Notes: generated from the letters alone by a model not told the origin. DNA of 62,806 nucleotides, filler included, from Basidiobolus ranarum (GCA_040143965.1; 21 parts of 21 records of this genome joined end to end with filler, not necessarily neighbours in it), one strand, 5' to 3'. Counted from the whole stretch's first letter, positions 1-11,926 are shown. Numbers and translations: made by a program.

Positions 1-222
1 AAGATATAAGCAAAAAAACTTATAGAATGTGTTAAGAAAGGTCCAGGGAGCATGGGTGCACAGGGTGGGGCTTCTAGGACAAGTTCTCAAAATCTATATG
101 TCTTCAAACTCCTAAGTAAATTCCTGTTGGGAATAGTGAGTGATATCTTGGTGAAATATGTAATTACTAAATACTAAGCTATATATTACTATATAGATGT
201 TTAGGTCATGCTAATTTCAACA
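1..222 (-). mobile_element. Copia LTR family A, partial
   Basis: Reverse complement of the LTR-A 5' part; ends ...ctaatttcaaca. Matches the copies at 24416-24764 and 40341-40689. Confidence 0.85.
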
Positions 223-1673
223 TTAGCTTCTCAGCACCAGGCTAAGATATACGGATCATATTCGCAACAATCTGTATAAATTAGCAGTTTTAATGAAAAA
301 TAAGATACCTCATTGTAAGATTTCAAATCATTTCAGTGATATTATTCTCAAATCATTATACAATGACCTGAATTGCTTGGAAATTCAATCTGTCGTAGTA
401 CTTAGTTAATTTACATAGTATAATTCTGTACCACCCGTGATTAATATAGCATCTTGCTTAAATTATATTTGGTTAACAGATGCTACAAGAGCGTATGATG
501 GTGCTCTTGTTAATTTGCAAATTGATCCATGTTGATAGTTTATGGGTAATTGTAGGAGATAAGAGAATTTGTCTCTTGTAAAAAAGCGTAATATCAAGCT
601 GAGAATTTTAAGCAATATTTTCCTGACCTTGATACTTAAGATAGCAATGAAGATGTTTTGATGAGAAAATCGAACTCCGTCATATACCTTTACAGAATGT
701 TCCCAGATTCTCAAAATTGTATTCTCTGGAAGTGCGCGTGACAGAGCGGGGTTTTGGTAAACCATATGCTCCTTTACTCTCTTAACAATGTTCGATTCTT
801 GCTGAAAAATATACACCATGGTAAAATCCCCCTTGTTGAGCACACATTAATCCCACCAATTAGAGGGGGTATATTTGTCTTCGACTATCATAATAGGTGG
901 GACATTGCATTGACAAAATGATATTACTAATAGTGAGTACAGCGAGTTTACTATGAAACGTATATTGGATTATATACTCAGAAAACCGCAACAATATTAC
1001 CTGTAATTTACTTAACATTACCATCTATAAAAGCATCATTAGAAAACCAACAAATCTCAACTACTGTGCAGATACCATCTAAAATTCAACGTGTTGGCAT
1101 TTACATAGTTCCCTGCCGGTTTTTAGTGATTAATGAGATATAATGTTTGTTAGGTGTTGTTATCCAATTTCCGAATTGTTTTCTACTATCGTTCTCGAAC
1201 ACCTACAAAATAAATTGATCCAATAGCCTGATCTACATAGAGTTTAAATCTCTATTTGATAGTTTCCGTCTTGCAACAAATGATCCATTGTGGTTGCTTC
1301 ATAGAATGGTACCTCAATACATGCGAATATTATGGTAAAAGTTCGAAGGGGCTAAGGCTGGTGCTTTAGTCATGCTATCAATTAACGATGAGCGAACTCT
1401 CCCTCTTTTCCCATCGTTTCCTTCCCTATGTAGCAACTACCCATGGCAAAACTACTTGCGAAGAAACCCGAAAGGTGATTAGTTGTGTCCTGATGACGGT
1501 AAAATGTAACATGATTGCTTCACGAGTAAAAGTTAATATGTAGTTAACAAACATGAAAACCGTGGCATTTCCCAAGTTGTGCTTTAGAGTTGGTTGAGAT
1601 AAATCAGCATGCGGCTTAGTGGTTCCGATTGGCTAGTATGATCACGATTTCTACTTGTCTCTAAAAAAGACAC

Positions 1674-1705
1674 ATCAATATCAATATCAATATCAATATC
1701 AATAT
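1674..1705. repeat. (ATCAAT)5 hexamer microsatellite
   Basis: Direct tandem repeat; it explains the spurious YQYQYQ ORF. Confidence 0.9.
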
Positions 1706-2540
1706 AGTGGTAGTTACGAATATATCCACTCCACCAAGTGGCTATCCGCAACCTTCCTATTCAGTAGATCTCTGGAATTAGCACTATTTCAATATACAAG
1801 CTTATTATTGTGGGTGATGAATAGTTCTAGAAGAATTCCGAATGTGGATAACATGGCGTGACCAGATATCGTCATTTTTCTATGTATATATATGCCTAAG
1901 TAGTTTAAATATCAGTGAAAACCTGAAAACAAAAATGTCTAAAAGCGTTACTCGGTTTCGTATTATGACGCACATATAGAGTCGACCAATTAAGCAAGCT
2001 AAAGAGGTTGGATCCATAGCTAATGCATAACTTCAACACTGCAATACTGAGATTGGAAATTTTCTCGGTTCTTTGTTCGGCTTCATCAAAGCGCACAACC
2101 TTTTTTAAAGCATGTTATTTGCTATGAAGGCGCCATACTAGATCTTATAATCAACTCCTTCCAGAACATTTCCATATTTAGTAACCAAAGCCTACTTACT
2201 AACTTGCAATATACTGGTTTGGCTGCATAGTGTTTGTGGGTTGATGCAGTCTGTACATATTCCAGGGCTTCTAGAACATGCAGAATAAGTTAGGATAGTC
2301 GTAAACATGGGGGTTAGTATTATGTAAATGTAATTGGATTAAAAGGGCAAGTTTCTAGTTGTCCACTGACTATTCCATTATTGCTGGGGTAACTTACCTT
2401 GATTTCACTGGTCAGCAATTATTGATTTTAGTTAAGTGTTACAAGGATATTTATATAAAAAAGACAGGTATGCTTTATCAAAGTTTGTCGGATATTCCTT
2501 CTATTACAGTAATCTTCATTGCTCTTTCTTCCATTTAACA

Positions 2541-2908
2541 ATGAGATTCTCTGCGACTTTGATTCTCGTTATTTCCAGTATCTTCGCTGTTCGTGGCCAA
2601 GACCATTCGAATCATGGAGGTATGAGCCCCGCACCAAACAATACTCTTCCTATGGACAGTCCATGCTACACCGATCCCACAAGTGCAACCTGTGCCGATT
2701 TCAAAATGGAGGATGCTACTCTAGATGCTAGTATTTCAAGTTTGTGCAAAGCCATGTCATATATGCCTGGATGTAGCGTTAATAAAATATGTACCGACTC
2801 GACCACCTACAGTGCCAAGCCTTGGTGTAGTAAGATGTCGATTGTAGCTAATGTCTGCCAAAATGACATGCCAAAGATGGCCGGATGCAAAGCTTGGGTA
2901 TCATTGTG
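2541..2908 (+). CDS. Signal-peptide-bearing Cys/Met-rich protein, likely N-terminus of a p80-type Ctr (SLC31) copper transporter; 3' truncated
   Basis: ATG at 2541 follows a TATA-like TATTTATATAAAA. Signal peptide MRFSATLILVISSIFAVRG is followed by His/Met-rich DHSNHGGM and two C-x(2-3)-M-x2-M-x-GC motifs (CKAMSYMPGC, CQNDMPKMAGC), as in Dictyostelium p80-like proteins. The Ctr membrane domain lies outside the contig. Confidence 0.7.
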
Positions 2909-3008
2909 NNNNNNNNNNNNNNNNNNNNNNNNNNNNNNNNNNNNNNNNNNNNTTAATTAATTAANNNNNNNNNNNNNNNNNNNNNNNNNNNNNNNNNNNN
3001 NNNNNNNN
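2909..3008. other. Artificial contig-joining linker (N44-TTAATTAATTAA-N44), first of 20
   Basis: Identical 100-bp linkers start at 2909, 5916, 8922, 11927, 14931, 17933, 20933, 23930, 26927, 29923, 32919, 35914, 38908, 41898, 44887, 47875, 50863, 53851, 56837 and 59822. TTAATTAATTAA puts stops in all six frames, and contig lengths decrease monotonically. Confidence 0.99.
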
Positions 3009-4600
3009 TCTACCATTGTCTCTTAGGGCACAAATGTAGCCAAGGCTTTGGATTTTGATTTGAGAAAGAATACCCAAGTATATTTGTTTTATAATCAATA
3101 AACATCATTAAGTACCTTTTCCCACCTATGAAATTCTTTCATGAGCCTACCTAAGTCAAAGTAAATCAGGCCAAAGTTCTGAGTGAATTTGATCTCTACA
3201 GAGCTTGAAAATGGTGGTCTGTGATGTTTTCCATATATGCACCCTTCCCACAGAGCCAATTTAGTAACATTTTGAAATTGTAAGCTTGAAACAAGCTGAT
3301 GTTGGATCATTTGGGTCAGGTTTTGTTCCCCAATGTGGCCTAATGTTTCATTCCATATTTGACAGCTTATTTGACTGGTTTTGGCCCAGGTTACATGCTC
3401 AGAATGCAACATGTTGATTTCTAGCCTGAATAGGTTCTGAGTTTTGATACCAGTAGCTGATTTAATGTAATTCTGATCTGTCATAGTGCTTTGAGTACTG
3501 TTGCACACAAAATTTAGTTCTGAAGTTATTGCTTAGCTTAATAAGAGCTGATTCTTTGCCATATTTGGTACAAAGGGTACATCATCCAATTTTGTACATG
3601 GTGTAGCTGAATTATGGTCTACATTGGGCACAACTGTGCCCTTACCAACTGCATCTAGTGCAAAGTCATCACTGAGGTAGACTTTCCTTCTCTAGATGCC
3701 TTTTAAGCTGGAAAACCAATCTTGCTTGTTTGACATAGGTTGGGAAGCTCCTTAATCAACACACCAAATTTCTCAGTCTTCTTTGGTGGTTATTGATAGG
3801 GCACACACAAATAGATGATCCCTGTCAGACCTTACTTGATTTGTTTGTTCTGTTTTTAGCTTTTTGCCAAACATCCTTTTTCCACAATCTTTGATTGAAT
3901 GGCATGGCTTCTTGCAATACTTGCAGATGATTAATTTCCTATTAGGCACTACAGTATTGAAGCCTGTTGGACATTTTACAGCTCCAAAAAATGCCTATTC
4001 TGCTTTATTTTGCTGGGTATTAGATATCCTTGCTTCCTCATTTAAAAGCCTAGTACCAACATATTCCATTGTTAGTGGCTCTGATCTTGATGCTAGGTCA
4101 ATTATGAGGTTCCCAAGCTCATCCAGCAGGCTCCCAAGTAGTGTCATGACTAAGTCATCTTTTTTTAAAGGTACACCAATGGATGAGAGCTGATCTGCCA
4201 TGGTTTTTATCCAAACTTATATAATTAAACATAAAATCATCAGAATTCATCTGAATAGAGAATACTTTTTCCTCAAAGATATAGCCTATTAAACCAAACT
4301 TTAGTATCATATAGTCCCTCAGGTGTTGCCCAAGCAGTTTGGTTGTTTTTGGTCGATGGCATGTACCTTAAGCAATAGGCTTTGAGATTTAGACAGAGTG
4401 TAGAGTGCTTTCCTTTGCTTCTTATAAAAGGCAAGGATAGCTTCTGGTAGTCCTGTTGGCTCAATTTCTTCTCCCATAACAAATCTACAAAGGTCTTTGT
4501 CATCTAGCACCATTTGCATGCTCAACTTCCAAAGGTGAAAGTTGTCACCATCAAGCATCTCTATTGATGAAAAATGTTAGCAACAGTACTTGCTGACATT
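3009..4600 (-). mobile_element. Ty1/copia gag-protease-GAG_pre-integrase-integrase start, degenerate (family B)
   Basis: LDGDNFHLWKLSMQMVL (gag N-terminus), UBN2-like LVMTLLGSL, and LGHIGEQNL / WEGCIYGKHHRPPF (GAG-pre-integrase). Multiple stops and frameshifts. Confidence 0.92.
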
Positions 4601-4618
4601 CCTTTAACAGCTAGCTTG

Positions 4619-4630
4619 GGGCTCATAACC
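4619..4630 (-). promoter_or_regulatory. Primer-binding site GGTTATGAGCCC (tRNA-iMet anticodon arm)
   Basis: Lies directly 3' of LTR-B and about 30 nt before the gag ATG; complementary to GGGCUCAUAACC of initiator tRNA-Met. Confidence 0.9.
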
Positions 4631-4979
4631 TGATAAAAGTGTTTAGGGGGCTTGGAAGTGTTTTGGACAAGTTTTGAATTTATGAACTAGACACTGAAGT
4701 TAGTTTGAATTAATTATATCATATTTATAGTTTACTTTGAAATAGAACTATTGGATGTGCTTGGAGCATAACAAACATGCCTGCTAAGCATGGGTGAAAA
4801 TTTGAGATGATTTGGAAAAGGTGAGAAAATAGTGAAAATTGGTAAAAGTGATCTAATTGATATTTCTATCAAGTAGAGCAATAAACACACATTTTTGAAT
4901 GGAAAATTGAGTGTTAAATAATCCAAATATGAATAAACTAACTACTAAATAATGAGCTGCTATTTACCTGATTTCGACA
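4631..4979 (-). mobile_element. 5' LTR, copia family B
   Basis: TGTCGAAAT...TTTTATCA on the minus strand; homologous to 27856-28200 and 29490-29840. Confidence 0.88.
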
Positions 4980-5551
4980 AAAAGTGGCTTGCTCTTTTGT
5001 CTAATGCCCCTACCCAGCTTCCAAAAGGTTTTTCAATAGCTCCCATGTATCCAAGCAAGAATTCATAGTAGATACCAGGACATATGTAAAATCTTTAGGA
5101 GCATGTTGCTTTGTGCCACCTACAACTTCATAGGACTGCCCATGCAAAACATTTGAAGTAGTGGTTGCCTGTACCATAGTAGGTTGTAAATGAGGAAGAA
5201 TCTGTTCTGACATGATATGTCACTACCAAATATATCTATGATGTGGGACTCTATTGGGTTTAATCAGAATTAGGGATCTTTCTATCTTGTTGGTTACAAT
5301 ATCAAAGTTAATTTCCCATAGTGTGATCAAGAATAATGCATTTTGCATTAAGCTGCTTTGATATGTATGCATAATAATTTGATTGAGATTAAACTATGAT
5401 TAAATTTGCAGAAGCAGTTTGATATAAAATTTCCAAGCAATTACACAAAAATTCAATACTTAGGATAACAAATGCAAACAGATATTTTGTGCACAGAATT
5501 TGGGAATTTTACCTTGATATCTGAAATTCTTAGATTAATATTTTACTCAAG

Positions 5552-5915
5552 ATGGATGAATCAGTATCCTTCCAACCCAATAGAAGATTAGTATCATGCT
5601 CTCCAACAGCTCTAAATGGTCATTCCTAATTAATCCTAAATCGACTACAGGTTTTCCTATCACCATCTTGAAAGCTGCATTTGATGGATACTGTGACTCA
5701 TATACTCCAGTACCTACCAGAGAGCAACTAGTTAGTTTGTTTTGTGACTACAAGAATATTTTCCATTAAGATTTCAGTGAACTATTTAAGAGAGTAAAAG
5801 TGCTAGAAGCTTCCATACCAGGCTTCAAGAAAGTGAGAATTATCTAGCTTCTGTGATGAATGATGTTGAAGATGCCTGGGACAAAAGATTTAGAGACTCC
5901 AATTTCCTTCCATTT
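5552..5915 (+). mobile_element. N-terminal part of an IS5/ISL2-like (DDE_Tnp_4) transposase, degenerate
   Basis: TGFPITILKAAFDGYC...RSFHTRLQESENYLASVMNDVEDAWDKRFRDSNFLPF overlaps the copies at 36014, 45253 and about 47120 that carry the catalytic motifs. Confidence 0.7.
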
Positions 5916-6015
5916 NNNNNNNNNNNNNNNNNNNNNNNNNNNNNNNNNNNNNNNNNNNNTTAATTAATTAANNNNNNNNNNNNNNNNNNNNNNNNNNNNN
6001 NNNNNNNNNNNNNNN

Positions 6016-6478
6016 AAGAACTTAATACAGAGTGGCACAATATTGTAGGGCACCCATCAGATAGCTGGAAGAATGTTGATTCAGCAACATTAATATAATG
6101 GTGGGCTATGATGGAGATATTGATCCAAACTTGTGTTTGATGTGAGCTACCTTGGGTATGAAGAACTCTAGAAAAATATTCAGGAGAATATTTCAAAGAA
6201 ACTAGGAATTTTGTAGGTGACAAATTGGCATTCAAGTGGGAAATGTTTAAAATATGAGTTATGTTTGTTGCATATGTGTTGATCTGTAGTTCTCTGAAAT
6301 TGTAGCCAATCATGTGCAACTATTTTGCAAGATCTTGAAATCGCACTCCCAAAACCAAAAAAAAATCATTAAAATCAAATCTAACTTGATGTTTTATGAT
6401 GGTAAGTAAATGGTCAATCCAAAATGGATTAAAATTATGATGCTTTTTCTACAATAACAATCTTCAAACTTCTGTCAC
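6016..6478 (+). mobile_element. CACTA-like element: ORF2 3' end and degraded ORF2-side terminus
   Basis: Homologous to 33800-34262 and 9129-9571; abuts transposase sequence of the same family. Confidence 0.8.
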
Positions 6479-6480
6479 CA

Positions 6481-7239
6481 AGTAAGTACCTCTATAATTT
6501 GGACTAATTTATATGTGTGATAATCTGATGTTGTTCTTAGGAAAGCTGCAAGACAGACCTCTTAGTGAAATAGATTGAGTTATGCAATATTATTGTTTCA
6601 GCCATAGGGTAATGTATTTAAGCAATGACACATCTACTTGTGGCAGGACTTTTGTTGACTGCAAGTCTGGGATACCTTTGCTGAATTCTTAATGGAAATT
6701 TGCCAAAATCCAAGAGCTTATTCTCACTGTGAATGTTAAAAAGAGTCAGCTAATTGCAAAGTGTCAGTGCTATTCAAAATTCCAGATGTTTAGCCTTTTT
6801 TCCATCATTAGTCTGCTGGTAAAGCATATTGATGTTGTTGAGTTATGTCTGATCAGTTACATATGTGCATATATAGAGACTAAATGCATCAAGATGCTCA
6901 TATTTTTTGACTCTCATTATGGCTGTAAGACAAAGCCCAAAATATCTAAATAACAGCATGCATATTAATTTGATTTCTTGGAGCAGTAAACCCAGTAATT
7001 TGCCATTTCAAAATTAGAATTTTGCAAAAAATGCTTGTAATCAAATAGCACATGCCAAATAAGAGGATCAATATTTTAACATGTATTAATATTGACAAAA
7101 TCCCATCAAGAAGCCACTGTCTCACCATCAGAATCCCAGGCTGAATGCAAGCCACCAATATTATGCTGGTTCTCTGACAGTTTTGCAATCCTGAAAGGTG
7201 GATCAAATCCGGATTGAATCAATTTTATTTTTGTTAGAG
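6481..7239 (+). mobile_element. CACTA-like element: tnp2 transposase C-terminus and Tnp-side terminus
   Basis: KHIDVVELCLISYICAYIETK...FFDSHYG recurs at about 17460, 23820 and 36700. Ends ...ttttatttttgttagag, a variant of GTTAGGG. Confidence 0.85.
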
Positions 7240-7271
7240 AGCATACTCATCTACTGCAAATGGAACTCTCC

Positions 7272-7746
7272 TGTTATTAGACTATGATATTATGTCTGCT
7301 GTGGCAACCCTTTTTAGCAATCTTGTGCCAGCTTATTCAGGTTATCTTATATGGAAGTTATATTCTTTGGAACATTCCATGAGACCTAACTGATCAGGTC
7401 ATCCCACACAAAGTATATTTCCACCAAGACCTTCCATGGAATGCGATCTGGTCATCCTTGCATCATCCCCCTTTGTATTGACCCTTGTAGTCCCCAACAC
7501 CCCAACACTAGAACTTGCCACAGTATATTCCCTATTCAGTATATTGTGTTTCACCTTTCAATATCTATATAAGCTCCCTGTTTTCCTTGAGCAGTCCTCA
7601 GTCTGATCAATGCCAGTTATCATTTAAGACTCTTGCTCAAATATCTTCCCTTTCCAGTCCTGCCTTGTGGTTTACACTCAAGTACCTTCTTGCTTTCTAG
7701 CCTCTTTTCTTGGCTTCCTATCCTTGTCCAGTTTCTTATTGTGATA
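7272..7746 (+). mobile_element. LTR family G (possibly Ty3/Gypsy)
   Basis: Starts TGTTA and contains a TATATAAG box. The 3' half matches 44987-45252, which ends TTGTGACA. Confidence 0.6.
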
Positions 7747-8515
7747 GTATGAAGGCCAAAGATGAGCTATATTTTCCTTTTTCACTGATGGCCAAGTGTG
7801 TGCATACTGTACAAGACTTCAGGTTTTTCAGATCACTGGTGAAAGCCAAACAACCATTTGGACATGAAGGTTGTTGAAATACTGATGGATTATAAGTCAT
7901 ACAATGGACAGGTGTTCTCCACTTGTACCTGCTCTGTAGCAAGCAACAATTGCCAATCAACTGTGGTAAAAGTGTAAGAAAACCAATGAACACCTGGTTG
8001 CTAAGATAGGATTGAACTCTCCACTCTTCAGTATTGAGAGCTGCCTCCTTTACTATAAGTATTATGAGTGGACTAATGCTTGCCAATAACAAAGAGTCTG
8101 TAACTAAGCCATCATCTTGTTCTTCATCTTCTGATATACTAACATCAGTACTGGAATAATCAAGGTCAATATCTAGGAGTATGTCAGCAAAGTTTTCTGA
8201 GCTCACAGGTTTAACCAAAGTTGCATTTCTACCTGCATCATTGTGGTCACATAAATATGGTGGCTCCATGGTATCTTGACTTCCAGCAGTGTTACTAAAA
8301 CTTTGAGGTAAAGAACAGTCAGTGGATTTAGTGGGCACAACTAGACTTAATCTTGTGCACTTATCACTATTGATTTTCACCAGGATTTATGCAGATGGTG
8401 GCTTTGTACAGTGACTGTGCTTGTGATTAGTTTTTCTAAGAAGCCTCCAACTTTCAGAACAAAAGAATTTGTGGATACTATAGTTGTGCTTCTTTAAACA
8501 TTTGAATTGTGGCAT
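7747..8515 (-). mobile_element. CACTA-like tnp2 transposase N-terminal region, degenerate
   Basis: CPNGCLAFTSDLKNLKSCTVC matches the C-x3-C-x-AF...C-x2-C motif of fungal tnp2 N-termini, preceded by an acidic linker. Paralog at 9572-10196. Confidence 0.8.
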
Positions 8516-8649
8516 GAGAAGGATATTGTAGAAAGAAGAACACTTCCTATGTAAGGGCAGTCATTTATGTATATCCCATCAATAGAATCAGCTGATTTGG
8601 AGACAGTGTCACAGTTGAGTCAGCATGTGATTTCCAAGATATTTCCAGT

Positions 8650-8921
8650 AATGGATGGCAATTTTGGTTTATTATAAGCGTTTTTAAGCAATTTCATTAC
8701 ACCAAGTTTACCATTTGAAAGTTTGGTGCCATTCAAAAAGCATTAAAAGTCTAAATCAAAACTGGCTTCCAAGCAAAAGCCTGCCTGCACAAAAGGAATA
8801 AAACCAGCAAGAACAAAGGACTTGATTAATGAGCAGTCTAGCAATCCACTATCCACTTTTGAAGGCATTAACATGCTGGAAACTAACTCAAGTAATGATG
8901 AAGCATTCACCAACTTACCTG
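8650..8921 (+). mobile_element. CACTA-like element ORF2 5' region (divergent from the transposase)
   Basis: Colinear with 10332-10600 (KPART.DLI.EQ.SN.LST.EGIN.L). Confidence 0.7.
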
Positions 8922-9021
8922 NNNNNNNNNNNNNNNNNNNNNNNNNNNNNNNNNNNNNNNNNNNNTTAATTAATTAANNNNNNNNNNNNNNNNNNNNNNN
9001 NNNNNNNNNNNNNNNNNNNNN

Positions 9022-9128
9022 ATCCCTGGCAGAATGCAAGCCAACGATATTGTGACGGTTCTCTGACGGTTTTGCTATTTCGGAGGGTGGATCCGATCCG
9101 GATCAAATCGATTTTATTTTTGTTAGGG
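9022..9128 (+). mobile_element. CACTA-like Tnp-side terminus, CpG-intact copy
   Basis: ...gatccgatccggatcaaatcgattttatttttgttaggg, nearly identical to 39220-39324. Confidence 0.9.
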
Positions 9129-9571
9129 AATATTGCAGGGTATCTGCCAGATAGCTGAAAGAATGTTAATTCAGCAATGTTAATATAATGGTGAGCATTA
9201 ATGGGGATATTGATACAAACTTGTGTTGGATATAAGTTAAACCTTGGGCATGAAGAACTCCATAAAAATATTCAAGAGAATATATCAAGGAAACCAGGGA
9301 TTTCGAAGGTTACAGATTAGCATTCAAGTGATAAATGTGTAAAATTTGAGTTATGTTTTTCCACATGTGTTGATCCATAGTTATCTGAAATTGTGGCCAA
9401 TCATGTATAGCTATTTTGCAACATCTTGAAATATTACTCCTGAAACTGAAAGAAAGTGATTAAAACTAAATCTAACTTGATGATTCTATGATGGCAAGTA
9501 GACAATTGATCCAAAATGGATGAAAATTGTGAAGTTTATCCCATGATAACAATCCCCAAATTTGTGTTAGG
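9129..9571 (+). mobile_element. CACTA-like ORF2 3' end and ORF2-side terminus (second nested copy)
   Basis: Ends aatccccaaatttgtgttagg, the reverse complement of the CCCTAACAGAAATTTGAGGATT terminus. Confidence 0.85.
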
Positions 9572-11825
9572 ATGAAGGATCATAAGATATGATTGACAAC
9601 TGTTCTCTACTTGTACCAGGTGCATTGCAAGCAGCAGTTGCTAATCAACTGTGGTAAAAGTGTAAAAAGATCAATGAAAATCTGGTTGCCAATATTGGAT
9701 TGAACTCTCCACTTCTCAATAAGCAAAGCAGCTCTTTTTACTATATGTGTTATGAGTGTACTAATGCTTGCCAATAACAAAGAGTCAATAATTAAACTAT
9801 TGTCTTCTTCTTCATCTGATATACTACAATCAGTACTGTAATAACCTAGGTCAACCCATATCAGCATGCCCTCAGGGTTGTCTGGACTTACTGGTCTGAC
9901 CGAAGTTGTATTTCTACCTACATCATTCTGGTCATATAACTGTGGTGACTCCATGGTATCTTGACTTTCAGCGGTGTGACCAAAACTTGATGGTAAAAGA
10001 CAGCCAGTGGACTCAGTGGGTAAGACTAAAGTCAGTTTCTGCACTTATTACTGTTGATGTTCAGCAGGCTTTGGGCAGCTGGTGCCTTTGTACAGTGGTT
10101 GTGCCTGTATTTATTTTTTCTATAAAGCCTGTGGCTTTTAGAGCTCAAGAGTGGGTGAAAATAATAGCACGGTTTCTTTGAACATTTGTGTTGCATTATG
10201 AGAAGGATATTATAAAAAAAACACCTCCTATGTAAGAGTGGTATTTTAGGTATAGCCCATCAATATCATCAGCTGATTTTGAGATAGTGTCATAGATAAG
10301 TCATCAGGGAATTTACAAGATATTTCTGGTAATGGATGGCAATTTTGGTTTATTATAAGCTCTTTCTAAGCAATTTCATTACACCAAGTTTGCCATCTGA
10401 AAACTTCAATGCTATTCAAAAAGCAATCAAATTCTAAATCAAAATTGGCATCCAAGCAAAAGTCTGCTGGCACAAAATAAAAAAACCAGCAAGAACAGTG
10501 GATTTAATTGATGAGCAGTGTAGCAATACACTATCCACTTTGGAAGGCATCAACCTGCTGGGAACTAACACAAGTAATGATGAAGCATTGATCAATTTAC
10601 CAGATGTGTTTCTTTCCAGCAATAGTGCAAGTGAAGGGAGAACAATCCTCAAATTAAATAGTAAATTAATAATTGAGCAAAGTTCAACAGAAGCATCATC
10701 AAGACCATCAACTTCAAAAATGGCTACTTTGCCAACTATTAACCTCCCCTCTGTTGAAAATATGGATATTATGGATATAATTATTATGACATGGGAATCT
10801 CAGGCAGAACTCCATAATGATTTGTATGCAAACATAAGTAAAAACTACAAAGTTGCTATACTGGCCATGACATGAAATTACCCCACAATATTGCTATTAA
10901 TTCAGCATTCTGAAGCTACTAGTCAACAGTTAAAGAGTCACCCATCAATGATACAAGACTTTCAGAACACTCTACTTCAGCTACAGCAACATGCTGCTCC
11001 CTCCATACATTCTCATACAGGATTTCAATCAATTTTACACCACTCATATCAACATGAGTGTGACAATATAACAGAGCAGAATATATGTTGGCCCATTACA
11101 CCTACACAACAACCAAAAATTGCTTGGGCATATGAAAGTAGAAATCTCATAGGAAAACTAGCAAACCAAAAGACTCTGAATATCAGTGCTGCCATCACTT
11201 GCTCTGATGATAAGTGGTTTAACATTTTGGAAACTGTGTGTAATCTTGCCCAAAATCACTTCTATATGAGCCAATTGTGGAAATGTCAAAAACCAGGAGT
11301 TACTCTTGAGGTTCTTGACTAAATCTATGTGACTTATCCTGGGTTCTTTCAAGCAAATGGCAATTGGGCTAATATAGGCCTTTTTATGAAACATCTCAAA
11401 AATGTAGGTAATTTTTAACTTGGAAAAGAATAGAAAGCAGCAAAATAAGTACTCAATGAGCAGCAAGTAAGCAAACCCATTGGAAAAGCAAAGGACACCA
11501 TGAGTTTAGGCTCTACTGTCCCACATACCAAAGTCTTCACAGAGTCATAAAGATCTGTACTACCAGAGTCAGATGTACTGGCAAAAAGGCTTACTTTTAC
11601 TATGGAACCAGGTACACCAGTTGGAATAGTTATTAAATCGGAAGTTTATCCACATCTGGTGCCTTTCAACAAGCCAAAACTCCAGCAAATAAAATTTATG
11701 GCTCTCCAATGTCAACTGGTACTTTTCAAAGTGATGAAATTAGCCCCAAACTTAAAGGTGTGCAAAAAGCTACACAAACACTACAAAGCAATCTCAGTAG
11801 TGTCACACTTCAAGGGTGTATAGAA
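9572..11825. mobile_element. CACTA-like element core: transposase N-terminus (9572-10196, -) and divergent ORF2 (about 10332-11825, +)
   Basis: The minus ORF is homologous to 7747-8515. The plus ORF carries the conserved PKIAWA.ESRNLI.KLANQKTLN..AAITCSDD.WFNILETV.NLAQNH block also seen at 33019, 35120-35913 and 40881. Confidence 0.85.
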
Positions 11826-11926
11826 TGTTATAGTATTTGGTAGCCTGTTAGAAGTGGTTTGGAGAATTAGAGGAATTGGTGGTTTTCACTTATTGATTTA
11901 TTGAGTTGAAAGTTGACTTTTATAGT
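11826..11926 (-). mobile_element. Copia LTR family A, 3' end
   Basis: tgttatagtatttggtagcctgttagaagtgg is the reverse complement of the LTR-A 3' terminus. Confidence 0.85.

Noticed and set aside
463..843. 126-aa minus-strand ORF
   Set aside because: No recognisable motif, non-ATG start, and no splice support.
1655..1861. ORF with a YQYQYQ repeat
   Set aside because: It is a by-product of the (ATCAAT)n microsatellite.
4619..4630. tRNA-Met-like sequence
   Set aside because: Only a 12-nt retroelement primer-binding site with no cloverleaf. No tRNA, rRNA or CRISPR array was recognised in the window.
9110..9128. TTAGGG/CCCTAA hexamers suggesting telomere seeds
   Set aside because: They are always single units forming the CACTA-like terminus and never tandem.
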